Assembly (NCBI GenBank): GCA_937937315.1
Contig: CALDCK010000066.1
Span: 16,684-80,683 of the forward strand
Source: an uncultured bacterium
GTDB lineage: Bacteria > Myxococcota_A > UBA9160 > SMWR01
Length of the DNA stretch: 64,000 nucleotides
Direction of reading: 5' to 3'
Notes under the pieces: generated by a model
What the model saw: only the letters and a program-made list of their open reading frames with translations
What the model was told of the DNA's origin: nothing
Databases searched by the model: none
Program-made: the position numbers and the translations under genes
In this document: piece by piece, positions 1 through 9,242 of the stretch
Numbering within the stretch: the stretch's first letter is position 1
How the letters are laid out: every line of letters begins with the position of its first letter

Positions 1-1619
1 TGGCTCGAGATCGGTGTCACGGCGGCGAGCCCTCCCGAGTAGTACCAGCCGAAATACTGGTTGAGGGCGGGGACGTCGACGATCTCGGCGAGAGGATCCC
101 CCACGCGGTAGATCCATTCTCGCCTCGGGAGACCGAGCAGCGCGGGGACGTAGCTCGAGAGGAAGAAGCGCGCGAGGGAGGCGGGGCTCGTCACCAGAGC
201 GGCGGTAATCGGGCGGGTCGAGTCGAGGGCGCGCACGTGCTCGGCCATGGCGAGCATGAAGGCGTGACGGTCGTCGCCGATCGGCGTCTCGTTGCCGAGG
301 CTCCAGAGGATCACTGCGGCGCGGTTGCGGTCGCGCGCGATCAGCTCCGAGAGCTGGCGTCGGGTGCGCTCCCGGGCCCGCTCGCTCGCGAAGTCGACGT
401 TCCAGTACACGGGGACCTCGCTCCAGACCAGCAGCCCCGTTTCGTCGGCGACGCGTACCATGTGCTCGTTGTGGGGATAGTGGGCGAGGCGCACGAAGTT
501 GCAGCCGAGGTCGCGGGCCCAGCCGAGGAGTGTCTCTGCGTGCTTTCGGCTTCGCGCGCGCCCCTCGCCGTGGGGGGCCTCCTCGTGGATGGAGATGCCG
601 CGCAGGAAGATCGACTTGCCGTTGAGCAGGATCTCTCCGCCGGCCGCCTCGATCGTGCGGAAGCCGATGTCCTCCTCGACGACGTCCTCGCCGGCTCGGA
701 TCACCACCCGGTAGCGTCGGGGCTCGACGGGGGACCAGCGCTCCGGGCGGGCCGGCAGTTCGAAGCGCGCCGTCCCGGTTGCGTCGGTGCGCGCCTCGAC
801 CTCGAGCCCGAGCTCGGGAATCGACAGGCCGGCGGCGCCGGGACCCGGTGGATCCACCTGGACCTCCGCGAGGACCCGGTCGCCCTCGGGCGAGAGGTGC
901 AGCGCGTAGCTGCGGACGAACCGCCGGGGCACCTGGACCGCCAGGACGTCTCGGGTGAGCCCGCCGTAGTTGTGCCAGTCGGTGAGAGCCGTCGGCACGT
1001 CCTCGGGCCCCTTGCGGTTGTCGACCTGGACGACGAGGAGGTTGGAGCCGTTCCGGAGAAGCTCGGTGACCTCGTAGTTGAAGGGGGTGAAGCCGCCTTC
1101 GTGCTCGCCCACGAGCTCGCCGTTGAGGTAGATCGAGGTCCGGTAGTTCGCCGCGCCGAACCACAGGAAGGTTCGCCGGTCGCGGCGCCTCTGCAGCTCG
1201 AATTCCCGCTTGTACCACACGATGCCCTGGTAGAAGACGAGTCGGGGGTCCTGGGAGTTCCAGTCGCCGGGAACCTCGAGGGTGAGCCCGTCTTCGAAGG
1301 AGAACTCCCCCAGGTCGCTCGGGGCCTCGGGCCCGTGGGCGCGGGCCGCCATGCCGCCGAGCTCGCCACGGCCGTAGGGGTCGATCACCGCCTGCCAGGT
1401 GCCGCCGAGGGAGGTGACGTCGCGGGCGCGGACGTTTCCGATCAGGGGTTCCGGCGGGCGGGCGAGGTTCTCGCCGAGGGATCGATAGTGATCGACGACC
1501 TGGCGCGTGCGCTGGGGCCAGTCGCCGAACCAGAGGTAGGCGGTGAGCGCCAGTCCGCCAATGCCGGCCAGGAATGCGACGACGCTGACGATCGTCCAGA
1601 GCCTTCTCACGGCGGGCAT
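1..1619 (-). CDS. Glycoside hydrolase family 2 (beta-glucuronidase/beta-galactosidase-like), N-terminal signal anchor; 3' end runs off the left window edge
   Basis: Absent from the supplied ORF track because it has no stop in the window. Manual minus-strand translation from ATG (complement of 1617-1619) gives MPAVRRLWTIVSVVAFLAGIGGLALTAY... GH2-type motifs are present: IVWYKREF, DWHNYGGLTRDV, ILWSLGNE (NE acid/base) and NQYFGWYY. Track ORF 237..1976(+) is its Arg/Gly-rich antisense shadow. Confidence 0.85.
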   Translation of the reverse strand, partial: MPAVRRLWTIVSVVAFLAGIGGLALTAYLWFGDWPQRTRQVVDHYRSLGENLARPPEPLIGNVRARDVTSLGGTWQAVIDPYGRGELGGMAARAHGPEAPSDLGEFSFEDGLTLEVPGDWNSQDPRLVFYQGIVWYKREFELQRRRDRRTFLWFGAANYRTSIYLNGELVGEHEGGFTPFNYEVTELLRNGSNLLVVQVDNRKGPEDVPTALTDWHNYGGLTRDVLAVQVPRRFVRSYALHLSPEGDRVLAEVQVDPPGPGAAGLSIPELGLEVEARTDATGTARFELPARPERWSPVEPRRYRVVIRAGEDVVEEDIGFRTIEAAGGEILLNGKSIFLRGISIHEEAPHGEGRARSRKHAETLLGWARDLGCNFVRLAHYPHNEHMVRVADETGLLVWSEVPVYWNVDFASERARERTRRQLSELIARDRNRAAVILWSLGNETPIGDDRHAFMLAMAEHVRALDSTRPITAALVTSPASLARFFLSSYVPALLGLPRREWIYRVGDPLAEIVDVPALNQYFGWYYSGGLAAVTPISS

Positions 1620-1686
1620 TATAGTAGGGGGGGCCGGGTCGACGTCGGCGTTCCGATCCTTCAAGGTCTGGGCGTGGCGCCGGCGG

Positions 1687-2136
1687 ATGACCCCCGGCGG
1701 CGAGGAGGACGCGATGGACGGCATGCGGACCGGGCTCGCACATCGTCTGCGGCGAACCGAGAAGCAGATCGTCGAGCAGCACCGTCACATCCGGGAGATC
1801 GGACGCGAGCTCGATCAGGCTGCGGAGAAGGGCCGTTCCGCCGACGTGCGGACCTGGCTCCACCGCCTCGAGGAGGCCCTGAGCGCGCACTTCGAGCTGG
1901 AGGAAGACGTGGTGTTCCCGGCGCTGCACGGCCTCGCGCCGAGCCAGGGCGACGCTCTGGAGGGTCTCGTCCGTGAGCACGGCGAGCTCCTGGTGACACT
2001 GCGTCACGTGCGGGAGGCGACGAGTGAGGCCGAGCAGGGAGACGTGTCCGACGAGCTGCCGGCGTTGCGCGATCGCCTGGGGGACCACGAGCGTCGAGAG
2101 GAGGCCCTCGTCAAGGCGGCGATGTCGCGCGGGTGA
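1687..2136 (+). CDS. Hemerythrin-like (HHE cation-binding) domain protein
   Basis: Tail of track ORF 1543..2136. The sequence has H/E-rich four-helix signatures (EQHRHI, SAHFELEEDVVFPAL, VREHGELL, GDHERREE). Start trimmed to ATG 1687; ATG 1714 is also possible. The upstream part overlaps the GH2 start region. Confidence 0.7.
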   Translation: MTPGGEEDAMDGMRTGLAHRLRRTEKQIVEQHRHIREIGRELDQAAEKGRSADVRTWLHRLEEALSAHFELEEDVVFPALHGLAPSQGDALEGLVREHGELLVTLRHVREATSEAEQGDVSDELPALRDRLGDHERREEALVKAAMSRG

Positions 2137-2246
2137 CGGCTCTGGCGACTTCCTTGGCCCCTGTCGACGGTTTCCTGCGAGGGACCTCGCTGCACGCCGA
2201 GCGGGGAGCTCGGCGCGGGCTCCCTCCCGACCTCGACCGACCTGCG

Positions 2247-2699
2247 TCAGCCCGTCGTCATGTCGATCGAGACGACGTCGTCGCGGAGGACGTCGGGATC
2301 GAGGAAGAACTCCTCCTCCTCGTCCATGTCGGCCCGGAGCGTCTCGATCAGATCCCGGATGTGTGCGGCCAGAATGACCGGCGGCTTCTGCTGCTCCTGG
2401 AGCTCCGCCACCACCCAGGCCAGGAGCTCGCGCTGCTCCCGGTGCTCCTGCTCGAAGCGTTCCGCCCGCTCCTCGCCCCAGGCATCGGACTCGCGCAGGG
2501 CCGGCACGAGATAGCGGTCCTCCCAGCGCATGTGCTCCCGTAGGATCGAGAGCAGGGTCTCCGATGCTTCGCGCAGGTCTCCTACCTGCCTCTGCTCGTC
2601 CTGGCTCAGCGCTCGCGCCAGGCTCTCGACCCGCGTGAGCCGCGCTCGCAGGCCCTCGTGGTCTCGCAGAATTCGGTGGCGGACCTCACTGGGCTGCAT
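2247..2699 (-). CDS. Hemerythrin-like (HHE) domain protein
   Basis: 150-aa ORF with RDHEGLRARL, LREHMRWEDRYLVPAL, FEQEHREQRELL and MDEEEEFFL. This spacing is typical of hemerythrin/HHE metal ligands. Codon third positions are GC-rich. Confidence 0.75.
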   Translation of the reverse strand: MQPSEVRHRILRDHEGLRARLTRVESLARALSQDEQRQVGDLREASETLLSILREHMRWEDRYLVPALRESDAWGEERAERFEQEHREQRELLAWVVAELQEQQKPPVILAAHIRDLIETLRADMDEEEEFFLDPDVLRDDVVSIDMTTG

Positions 2700-2902
2700 C
2701 CGATCCTCCTTCCTCCCACTCGGTGGGAAACCGTCCCTGAGAATCGAAGCAAGATTCGATCCAGCGCCCGAGACGTCACCCAGAGTGCGGAGAGACCTCC
2801 GTCCGGTCGCCGCGACGGGGTACGCGGACCCAGCGAGGGGTTATCTGCCCCAGGTCGAGCCGGCTTCCGGTCGAGCCCGAGGCCCAGAGATGTCCCGGGG
2901 GC

Positions 2903-2918
2903 TGGCACCGTTCGTGCA
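2903..2918 (+). promoter_or_regulatory. Sigma-54 (RpoN) -24/-12 promoter P1: TGGCACCGTTCGTGCA
   Basis: Exact TGGCAC, 5 nt, then GTGCA, so GG and GC have the canonical spacing. It lies 53 nt upstream of the CBS operon ATG (2971). The same architecture recurs at 4643-4658(-) and 6178-6193(+), and a sigma-54 activator gene is in the cluster. Confidence 0.7.
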
Positions 2919-2970
2919 ATTCCATGGACTCCGCTCCGCACGGTTTCGCCGAGCAGCGGAGGAGTCGAGG

Positions 2971-3441
2971 ATGAAGCATTTCGAAGAGCCGGTCTCCCAG
3001 GCGATGGAGACCGAGGTCGTGACACTCCAGAGGGATGATCGGCTCGACCTGGCCGAGGACATCATGCGCCTGGGTCGTATCCGCCATATCCCCGTGCTCG
3101 AGGGCGAGCGCGTAGTAGGCGTTCTCACGAATCGCGACCTGCTGTCCGCGTCGCTCTCCCACGCGCTGGAGTTCGACCCGAGCGAGCGCCGGGCCTTCAT
3201 CCGCTCCGTCGAGGTGAAGGAGGTGATGACGGCGACCGTGGAGACGGTCCCGCCCCACGCCTCGCTGCGCGATGCAGGTCGGACGATGCTGCGCCTGCGG
3301 ATCGGGTGTCTCCCGGTCGTCGACGATGCGGGTGTCTTTCTGGGAATGTTGACCGAGACCGATCTCCTTCGCGCCGCCCTCGAGGTGGACGAAGAGGAGG
3401 ACGCGATCGTCGTCTCGGAATCGAAAGAAGGAGGAGAATAG
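2971..3441 (+). CDS. Stand-alone CBS-pair domain protein
   Basis: Tail of track ORF 2530..3441. Start is ATG 2971, preceded by GGAGGAG. Two CBS repeats are visible (VVTLQRDDRLDLAEDIMRLGRIRHIPVLEGERVVGVLTNRDLL and VMTATVETVPPHASLRDAGRTMLRLRIGCLPVVDDAGVFLGMLTETDLL). Confidence 0.85.
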   Translation: MKHFEEPVSQAMETEVVTLQRDDRLDLAEDIMRLGRIRHIPVLEGERVVGVLTNRDLLSASLSHALEFDPSERRAFIRSVEVKEVMTATVETVPPHASLRDAGRTMLRLRIGCLPVVDDAGVFLGMLTETDLLRAALEVDEEEDAIVVSESKEGGE

Positions 3442-3705
3442 ATGAGTGAGGCGAAGGGTCGCTTCGACGACGAGCTCGACGAGCTGCGCCGGGTGCGCGA
3501 TGAGTTGCGCGTGCAGGCGAGTCTGGGCAAGGCCGAGGCGACAGAGCTCTGGGAGAAGCTCGAGCACCGTTTCGAGGAGCTCGAGGGCAAGGTGAAGGCC
3601 AAAGCGAAGGCCGCCGGCGAGCCTCTGGCGGACATCGGTGACGCGGCCCAGATGCTGGCCGAAGAGATCCGTAACGGCTACCGACGGCTTCGAGACATTC
3701 TCTGA
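3442..3705 (+). CDS. Small charged coiled-coil protein, unknown function
   Basis: 87-aa ORF whose ATG immediately follows the TAG of the upstream CBS gene. Codon usage looks good. The sequence is helical and K/E-rich. No family recognised. Confidence 0.55.
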   Translation: MSEAKGRFDDELDELRRVRDELRVQASLGKAEATELWEKLEHRFEELEGKVKAKAKAAGEPLADIGDAAQMLAEEIRNGYRRLRDIL

Positions 3706-3723
3706 CGACGAGGCGGGGTCCGG

Positions 3724-4161
3724 ATGTACGAGTTTCTCGACTGGCAGGTGCGCGACGTGATGTCGAAGCCCGTCACGACCTCGCCGGGGGCGACCTTGGC
3801 CGAGGTCGAGAGCGTGCTCGAGCATCACGGCTTCGACGGGGTGCCCGTCGTCGATGACGAGGGGCACCTGCTCGGGCTGGCCACGTCGCTGGATCTCCTG
3901 GCCGCCTTCGGCTTCAGTGAGGACTCGACCCTTCCCGCCTACGTCGAGATCATGCAGCGCCCGGTTTCCCGGGTGATGTCGAAGGACGTGCGGACGGTTT
4001 GCCCGAGGACGCCGCTCACTCGTGTCCTCGAGAAGGTCGTCGACACACGGACGCGAAGCTTCCCGGTGGTCGACGACGATCGGGTGGTCGGCGTGGTCTC
4101 CCGGGCGGACGTGATGAGTGCTTTGCGCCGCGCCGGTCTCGGCGAGGTGCCCTCGCCCTGA
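3724..4161 (+). CDS. Stand-alone CBS-pair domain protein
   Basis: 145 aa. CBS repeats are visible (VMSKPVTTSPGATLAEVESVLEHHGFDGVPVVDDEGHLLGLATSLDLL and VMSKDVRTVCPRTPLTRVLEKVVDTRTRSFPVVDDDRVVGVVSRADVM). Confidence 0.85.
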   Translation: MYEFLDWQVRDVMSKPVTTSPGATLAEVESVLEHHGFDGVPVVDDEGHLLGLATSLDLLAAFGFSEDSTLPAYVEIMQRPVSRVMSKDVRTVCPRTPLTRVLEKVVDTRTRSFPVVDDDRVVGVVSRADVMSALRRAGLGEVPSP

Positions 4162-4170
4162 ACGGCCCTG

Positions 4171-4596
4171 CTAGCCGTCGAAGCGGGAGGTTGGCCTTCC
4201 GAAGGCCACGCGCAGCAGGTCGGTCTCGGTGACGACTCCGAGTACGCGGGGAGTCTCGTAGTTCGCCTCTCCTTCCTCGACGACGGGGAGGCAGCCCAGC
4301 CGGTAGTGACATAGCCGCCCGGCGGCTTCGGCGAGGGTGGTGCTCGGCGTGGCGACGAACGGCGCCCGAACCATGGCGTCGGCGACGGTGGCCGACGGAC
4401 TGGGAGAGCGGAAGGTGGAGTCGGAGAGGAGCCACTCCACCAGGTCCCGATAGGACAGGAGGCCTACCAGTCGGTCGTCCTGCGTCACCATCAGGTATCG
4501 CAGCCGGGCGAGCCGCATCGTCTGGTGCGCCTCGGGCAGCCCGTCGCTGGGATCTGCCGTGACGAAATGACGCCTCATGATGTCGAACACGACCAT
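4171..4596 (-). CDS. Stand-alone CBS-pair domain protein
   Basis: 141 aa. CBS repeats are visible (IMRRHFVTADPSDGLPEAHQTMRLARLRYLMVTQDDRLVGLLSYRDLV and the second repeat ...HYRLGCLPVVEEG...VLGVVTETDLL). A GGTG RBS precedes the ATG. Confidence 0.85.
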   Translation of the reverse strand: MVVFDIMRRHFVTADPSDGLPEAHQTMRLARLRYLMVTQDDRLVGLLSYRDLVEWLLSDSTFRSPSPSATVADAMVRAPFVATPSTTLAEAAGRLCHYRLGCLPVVEEGEANYETPRVLGVVTETDLLRVAFGRPTSRFDG

Positions 4597-4642
4597 CGCC
4601 GTTCACCTTGCCCGGGACACTATCGAGTTGGCGACATTGCTC

Positions 4643-4658
4643 TGCACCCCCCGTGCCA
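4643..4658 (-). promoter_or_regulatory. Sigma-54 -24/-12 promoter P2 (minus strand reads TGGCACGGGGGGTGCA)
   Basis: The reverse complement of 4643-4658 is TGGCAC-GGGGG-GTGCA. It lies about 47 nt upstream of the minus-strand CBS gene start (4596). The architecture matches P1 and P3. Confidence 0.65.
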
Positions 4659-4795
4659 GCTCGACGTCCTCAGCGGCGCTGGCATCGACCGCCGGGCTGG
4701 GCGCCGCTCCCCAGTCCAGGGTGGCCGACGGGTCCATGTGCCCCGCCGATTCCCTGGCCGGTTGACAGAACGCCGCAACGAGCCACGATTCGACG

Positions 4796-6067
4796 ATGGC
4801 GGCCCGCGACGACCTCGAGCAGCGCCTCGCGTACCTGAATCTCGACGATGAGGATCGAGAGCTGCTGCGGAGGCTCGGGCCCCTGCTCGAGAAGCAGGCG
4901 GATTCCTTCGTGGCGGCATTCTACCGCCATCTCCTCTCCTTCGGCCCCACCCGCGATCTGCTCTCCGACCCGGCGGTGAAGAGCCGGCTGCTGGAGAAGC
5001 AGCGCGAGTATCTGTTGAGTCTGACCGATCCCCGCTTCGATGCGCAGTACCTGGCGGACCGACGCAGCATCGGAGAGGTCCACGAGCGGGTCGGCCTCGA
5101 GCCGCGCTGGTATCTGGGGGCCTACGCCCTGTATTTCTCGCTGCTTACGCCCCTCATCTGCGACGCATTCTCGTCGGAGCCGGATCACGGGGTGCGGGCG
5201 GTCACGGCGCTCCAGAAGATCCTCACCCTCGATGCGCAGCTCGCGATGGAGGCCTACATCAGCGCCAGCGAGCAGCACCTCGAGTACCTCACCCGGGAGC
5301 TCGCCGAGCAGAGCCGCAACCTCGCCCGAGAGTACGACGATCAGGCGGCGCGCCTTCGCCGGACCACCGAGGAGGCGCGAGCCGCCGAGGAGCTCGCCTC
5401 GATCGCGACCCTGGTGACCGGGCTCGCCCACGAGGTGGGGACGCCGATGGGGGTGATCCAGGGTCACGCAAAGATGCTGGAGTCTGCAGTCTCCGGAGAC
5501 GACGCCCGCTGGCGGCTCCAGACGATCCAGACCCAGATCTCCCGGATCTCGCGCATCATCCAGATGCTCCTGGGGATGGCGAGGCCGCGGCGCTCGCGAC
5601 GCCAGCCGGTCGCGATGAAGGCTCTCGTCGAGACGACCCTGTCCTTCGTCTCGGAGAAGATGGCCCGTCGTTCCATCGAGGTGGATCGAAGGATCGAGTC
5701 GGTCCCGAGCGTCATTGGCGACTCGGAGCGTCTCCAGCAGCTGCTGCTCAATCTCCTGCTGAACGCGGCCGACGCGATGCCCGACGGCGGGGGTCTCAAG
5801 GTCTCCCTCTGTCAGCGAGACGAGGAGATCGAGATCCAGATCCACGACACCGGCGCGGGCATCCCGGAGCGGGATCTCGACAAGGTCTTCGACCCCTTCT
5901 TCACCACCAAACCGGCCGGAGAGGGTAACGGTCTCGGGCTCATGGTGTGCAAGGGCATCGCGCTGGATCACGGCGGCTCGATCACGGTCCGCAGCCAGGA
6001 GGGCACCGGCACCGAGTTCGAGGTGCGCCTTCCCCTCCCCTCGGGGTCGCCGCCAGAGGCGAGCTGA
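4796..6067 (+). CDS. Globin-coupled sensor histidine kinase (heme-globin sensor domain + HisKA + HATPase_c)
   Basis: The N-terminus has the globin-coupled-sensor pattern (FVAAFYRHLLSF; RRSIGEVHERVGLEPRWYLGAYALYF, with a candidate proximal His). It continues with a coiled-coil linker, H-box GLAHEVGTPMG, N-box LLNLLLNAADAM, G1 IHDTGAGI and G2 GNGLGL. No transmembrane segment is seen. Confidence 0.8.
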   Translation: MAARDDLEQRLAYLNLDDEDRELLRRLGPLLEKQADSFVAAFYRHLLSFGPTRDLLSDPAVKSRLLEKQREYLLSLTDPRFDAQYLADRRSIGEVHERVGLEPRWYLGAYALYFSLLTPLICDAFSSEPDHGVRAVTALQKILTLDAQLAMEAYISASEQHLEYLTRELAEQSRNLAREYDDQAARLRRTTEEARAAEELASIATLVTGLAHEVGTPMGVIQGHAKMLESAVSGDDARWRLQTIQTQISRISRIIQMLLGMARPRRSRRQPVAMKALVETTLSFVSEKMARRSIEVDRRIESVPSVIGDSERLQQLLLNLLLNAADAMPDGGGLKVSLCQRDEEIEIQIHDTGAGIPERDLDKVFDPFFTTKPAGEGNGLGLMVCKGIALDHGGSITVRSQEGTGTEFEVRLPLPSGSPPEAS

Positions 6068-6177
6068 CGCGCTCGGCCGACAGGGGCACATGAGGCAATA
6101 AGCCCCACACAGGGCGGCCGATCTGTGGCATTATACCTCGGGACCTGCACCGGAGCGTGCCTCGTTCCTTCTTCCGC

Positions 6178-6193
6178 TGGCACGCGACGTGCT
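6178..6193 (+). promoter_or_regulatory. Sigma-54 -24/-12 promoter P3: TGGCACGCGACGTGCT
   Basis: Exact TGGCAC-N5-GTGCT located 14 nt upstream of the activator ATG (6207), in the 139-nt gap after the kinase gene. Confidence 0.55.
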
Positions 6194-6206
6194 CCTCTGC
6201 GAGCCC

Positions 6207-7589
<1,383 letters not shown>

Positions 7590-7675
7590 CGTACGGGCAC
7601 CGCCCGCACGTTCCCCCGAGACGGGCTGCGAGGCTTGCAATGGATCGGGCGTGGAGTGGGGTCCCGCGGTCGGGG

Positions 7676-9136
7676 ATGAGGGGACGCGATTCGATGTGGA
7701 GGCCCCAGCTCGCCAGCCTCGGCCTGGCGCTCTTGTGCGCCTGCGCCACCAATCCGGTGACCGGTCGCCCCGAGCTCGTGTTCATGAGCGAGGCCCAGGA
7801 GATCGCTCTCGGTCGGCAGGCTGCGCCGGAGATCGCCGCCGGCATGGGGATCTACGAAGACGATGCGCTCCAGCGCTACGTGGAGGGCATCGGTCTGCGC
7901 ATGGCCCAGGAGTCGGAGCGCCCGGGGCTGCCCTGGCAGTTCCTCGTGGTGGACGATCCCACCGTGAACGCCTTCGCCGTACCCGGCGGGTTCATCTACG
8001 TGACCCGGGGGATCCTCGCCCACATGTCGAGCGAGGCCGAGCTCGCGAGCGTGCTCGGTCACGAGATCGGGCACGTCACCGCGCGGCACTCGGTGAGCCA
8101 GTACACGAAGCAGATGGGAGCGCAGCTGGTGCTGCTCCCGACCGTCTTCCTCCCGGCGGAGCTCCAGGGCTTCAGCGGGGCCTTGCTGGGATCCGGCTTC
8201 CAGCTGCTCTTTCTCAAGTACAGCCGCGACGACGAGCGTCAGTCCGACGAGCTCGGCCTGGCCTACATGTCCCGCGCCGGATACGACCCGAACGAGATGG
8301 TGGACATGTTCCGCACCCTGGGGCGCTCGAGTCGCTCGTCGGGCGGAGGGCGGGTTCCCGAGTGGCTTGCGACCCATCCGAATCCGGAGAACCGGGAAGA
8401 GATGATCCAGCAGCGCATCGCGCTCCTGCCCGTCGACGCTCGCAGCGGGACCGTGGGGAGGGCGGCGTTCATGCAGCGCCTGGACGGTCTCGCCTACGGG
8501 GAGGACCCGCGCCAGGGCTTCTTCAGCGAGGCGAACGTCTTCCATCACCCGGAGCTCGCCTTCCGGGTGGAGTTCCCGAGCGACTGGAAGACCGTCAATC
8601 AGCGCCAGAGGGTGGCGGCCCTGAGTCCGGAGCAGGACGCGGTGATCCAGCTGTCCCTCGCCGAGGGGGACGATCCGGAGGAGGTGGCTCGGCAGTTCGT
8701 CGCCAGTGACGGGGTCAGCGGCGCCGCCCCCCAGCGCACCTCGGTCAACGGACTGGTCGCGGCGAACACCGAGTTCACGGCCAGCGCCGACGGCACCCCG
8801 ATCCGGGGGCTCGCGACCTTCGTGAAGCACGGGGACCACGTCTTCGGTCTGCTGGGCTATGCACCGCAGTCGAAGTTCGGGGCGAGACTGACGGCCCTGC
8901 GCGGAGCCCTGGCGAGCTTCGCGAGAGAGACCGATCCAGCGGTGCTGGGCGCCCAGCCCTGGCGGATCGATGTCGTGTCGCCGGAGCGCCGGATGAGCCA
9001 GGCCGCCTTCGCCCGCGCCTATCCCGGGCCCGCTTCGGCGGACGAGCTCGCACTCCTCAACCAGCTCGACGCCGGCGAGTTCTACCCGGCGGGCGCTCCG
9101 GCGAAGCGGATCGTGGGGCAGGCACTGCCCCGCTGA
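7676..9136 (+). CDS. M48 family zinc metallopeptidase, probable lipoprotein
   Basis: HEIGH zinc motif (LGHEIGHVTARH) inside a typical M48 core (NAFAVPGGFIYVTRGIL). The N-terminus LGLALLCACATNP looks like a lipobox. Start is ambiguous: 7640, 7676 or 7694. Confidence 0.8.
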   Translation: MRGRDSMWRPQLASLGLALLCACATNPVTGRPELVFMSEAQEIALGRQAAPEIAAGMGIYEDDALQRYVEGIGLRMAQESERPGLPWQFLVVDDPTVNAFAVPGGFIYVTRGILAHMSSEAELASVLGHEIGHVTARHSVSQYTKQMGAQLVLLPTVFLPAELQGFSGALLGSGFQLLFLKYSRDDERQSDELGLAYMSRAGYDPNEMVDMFRTLGRSSRSSGGGRVPEWLATHPNPENREEMIQQRIALLPVDARSGTVGRAAFMQRLDGLAYGEDPRQGFFSEANVFHHPELAFRVEFPSDWKTVNQRQRVAALSPEQDAVIQLSLAEGDDPEEVARQFVASDGVSGAAPQRTSVNGLVAANTEFTASADGTPIRGLATFVKHGDHVFGLLGYAPQSKFGARLTALRGALASFARETDPAVLGAQPWRIDVVSPERRMSQAAFARAYPGPASADELALLNQLDAGEFYPAGAPAKRIVGQALPR

Positions 9137-9242
9137 GCCCGCTCAGTCCACCCATGTCCTCGCGGAGCGAGCAGGTTCGCTCGCGGAGGGTGGTGGAAGG
9201 TGAACTCCTTCGCGCGCATTCCATCCCCCGGTACGTGGCGAT

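Noticed and set aside
237-1976. 579-aa plus-strand ORF at the left edge
   Set aside because: It is antisense to the GH2 gene, whose translation carries unambiguous GH2 motifs. Its own sequence is Arg/Gly/Ala-rich with no motif.
9134-9182. Weak hairpins (GAGC-cc-GCTC; GAGCGA-gcaggt-TCGCTC) between the convergent M48 and GH3 genes as a bidirectional terminator
   Set aside because: The stems are only 4-6 bp with no U-tract, which is too weak to call.
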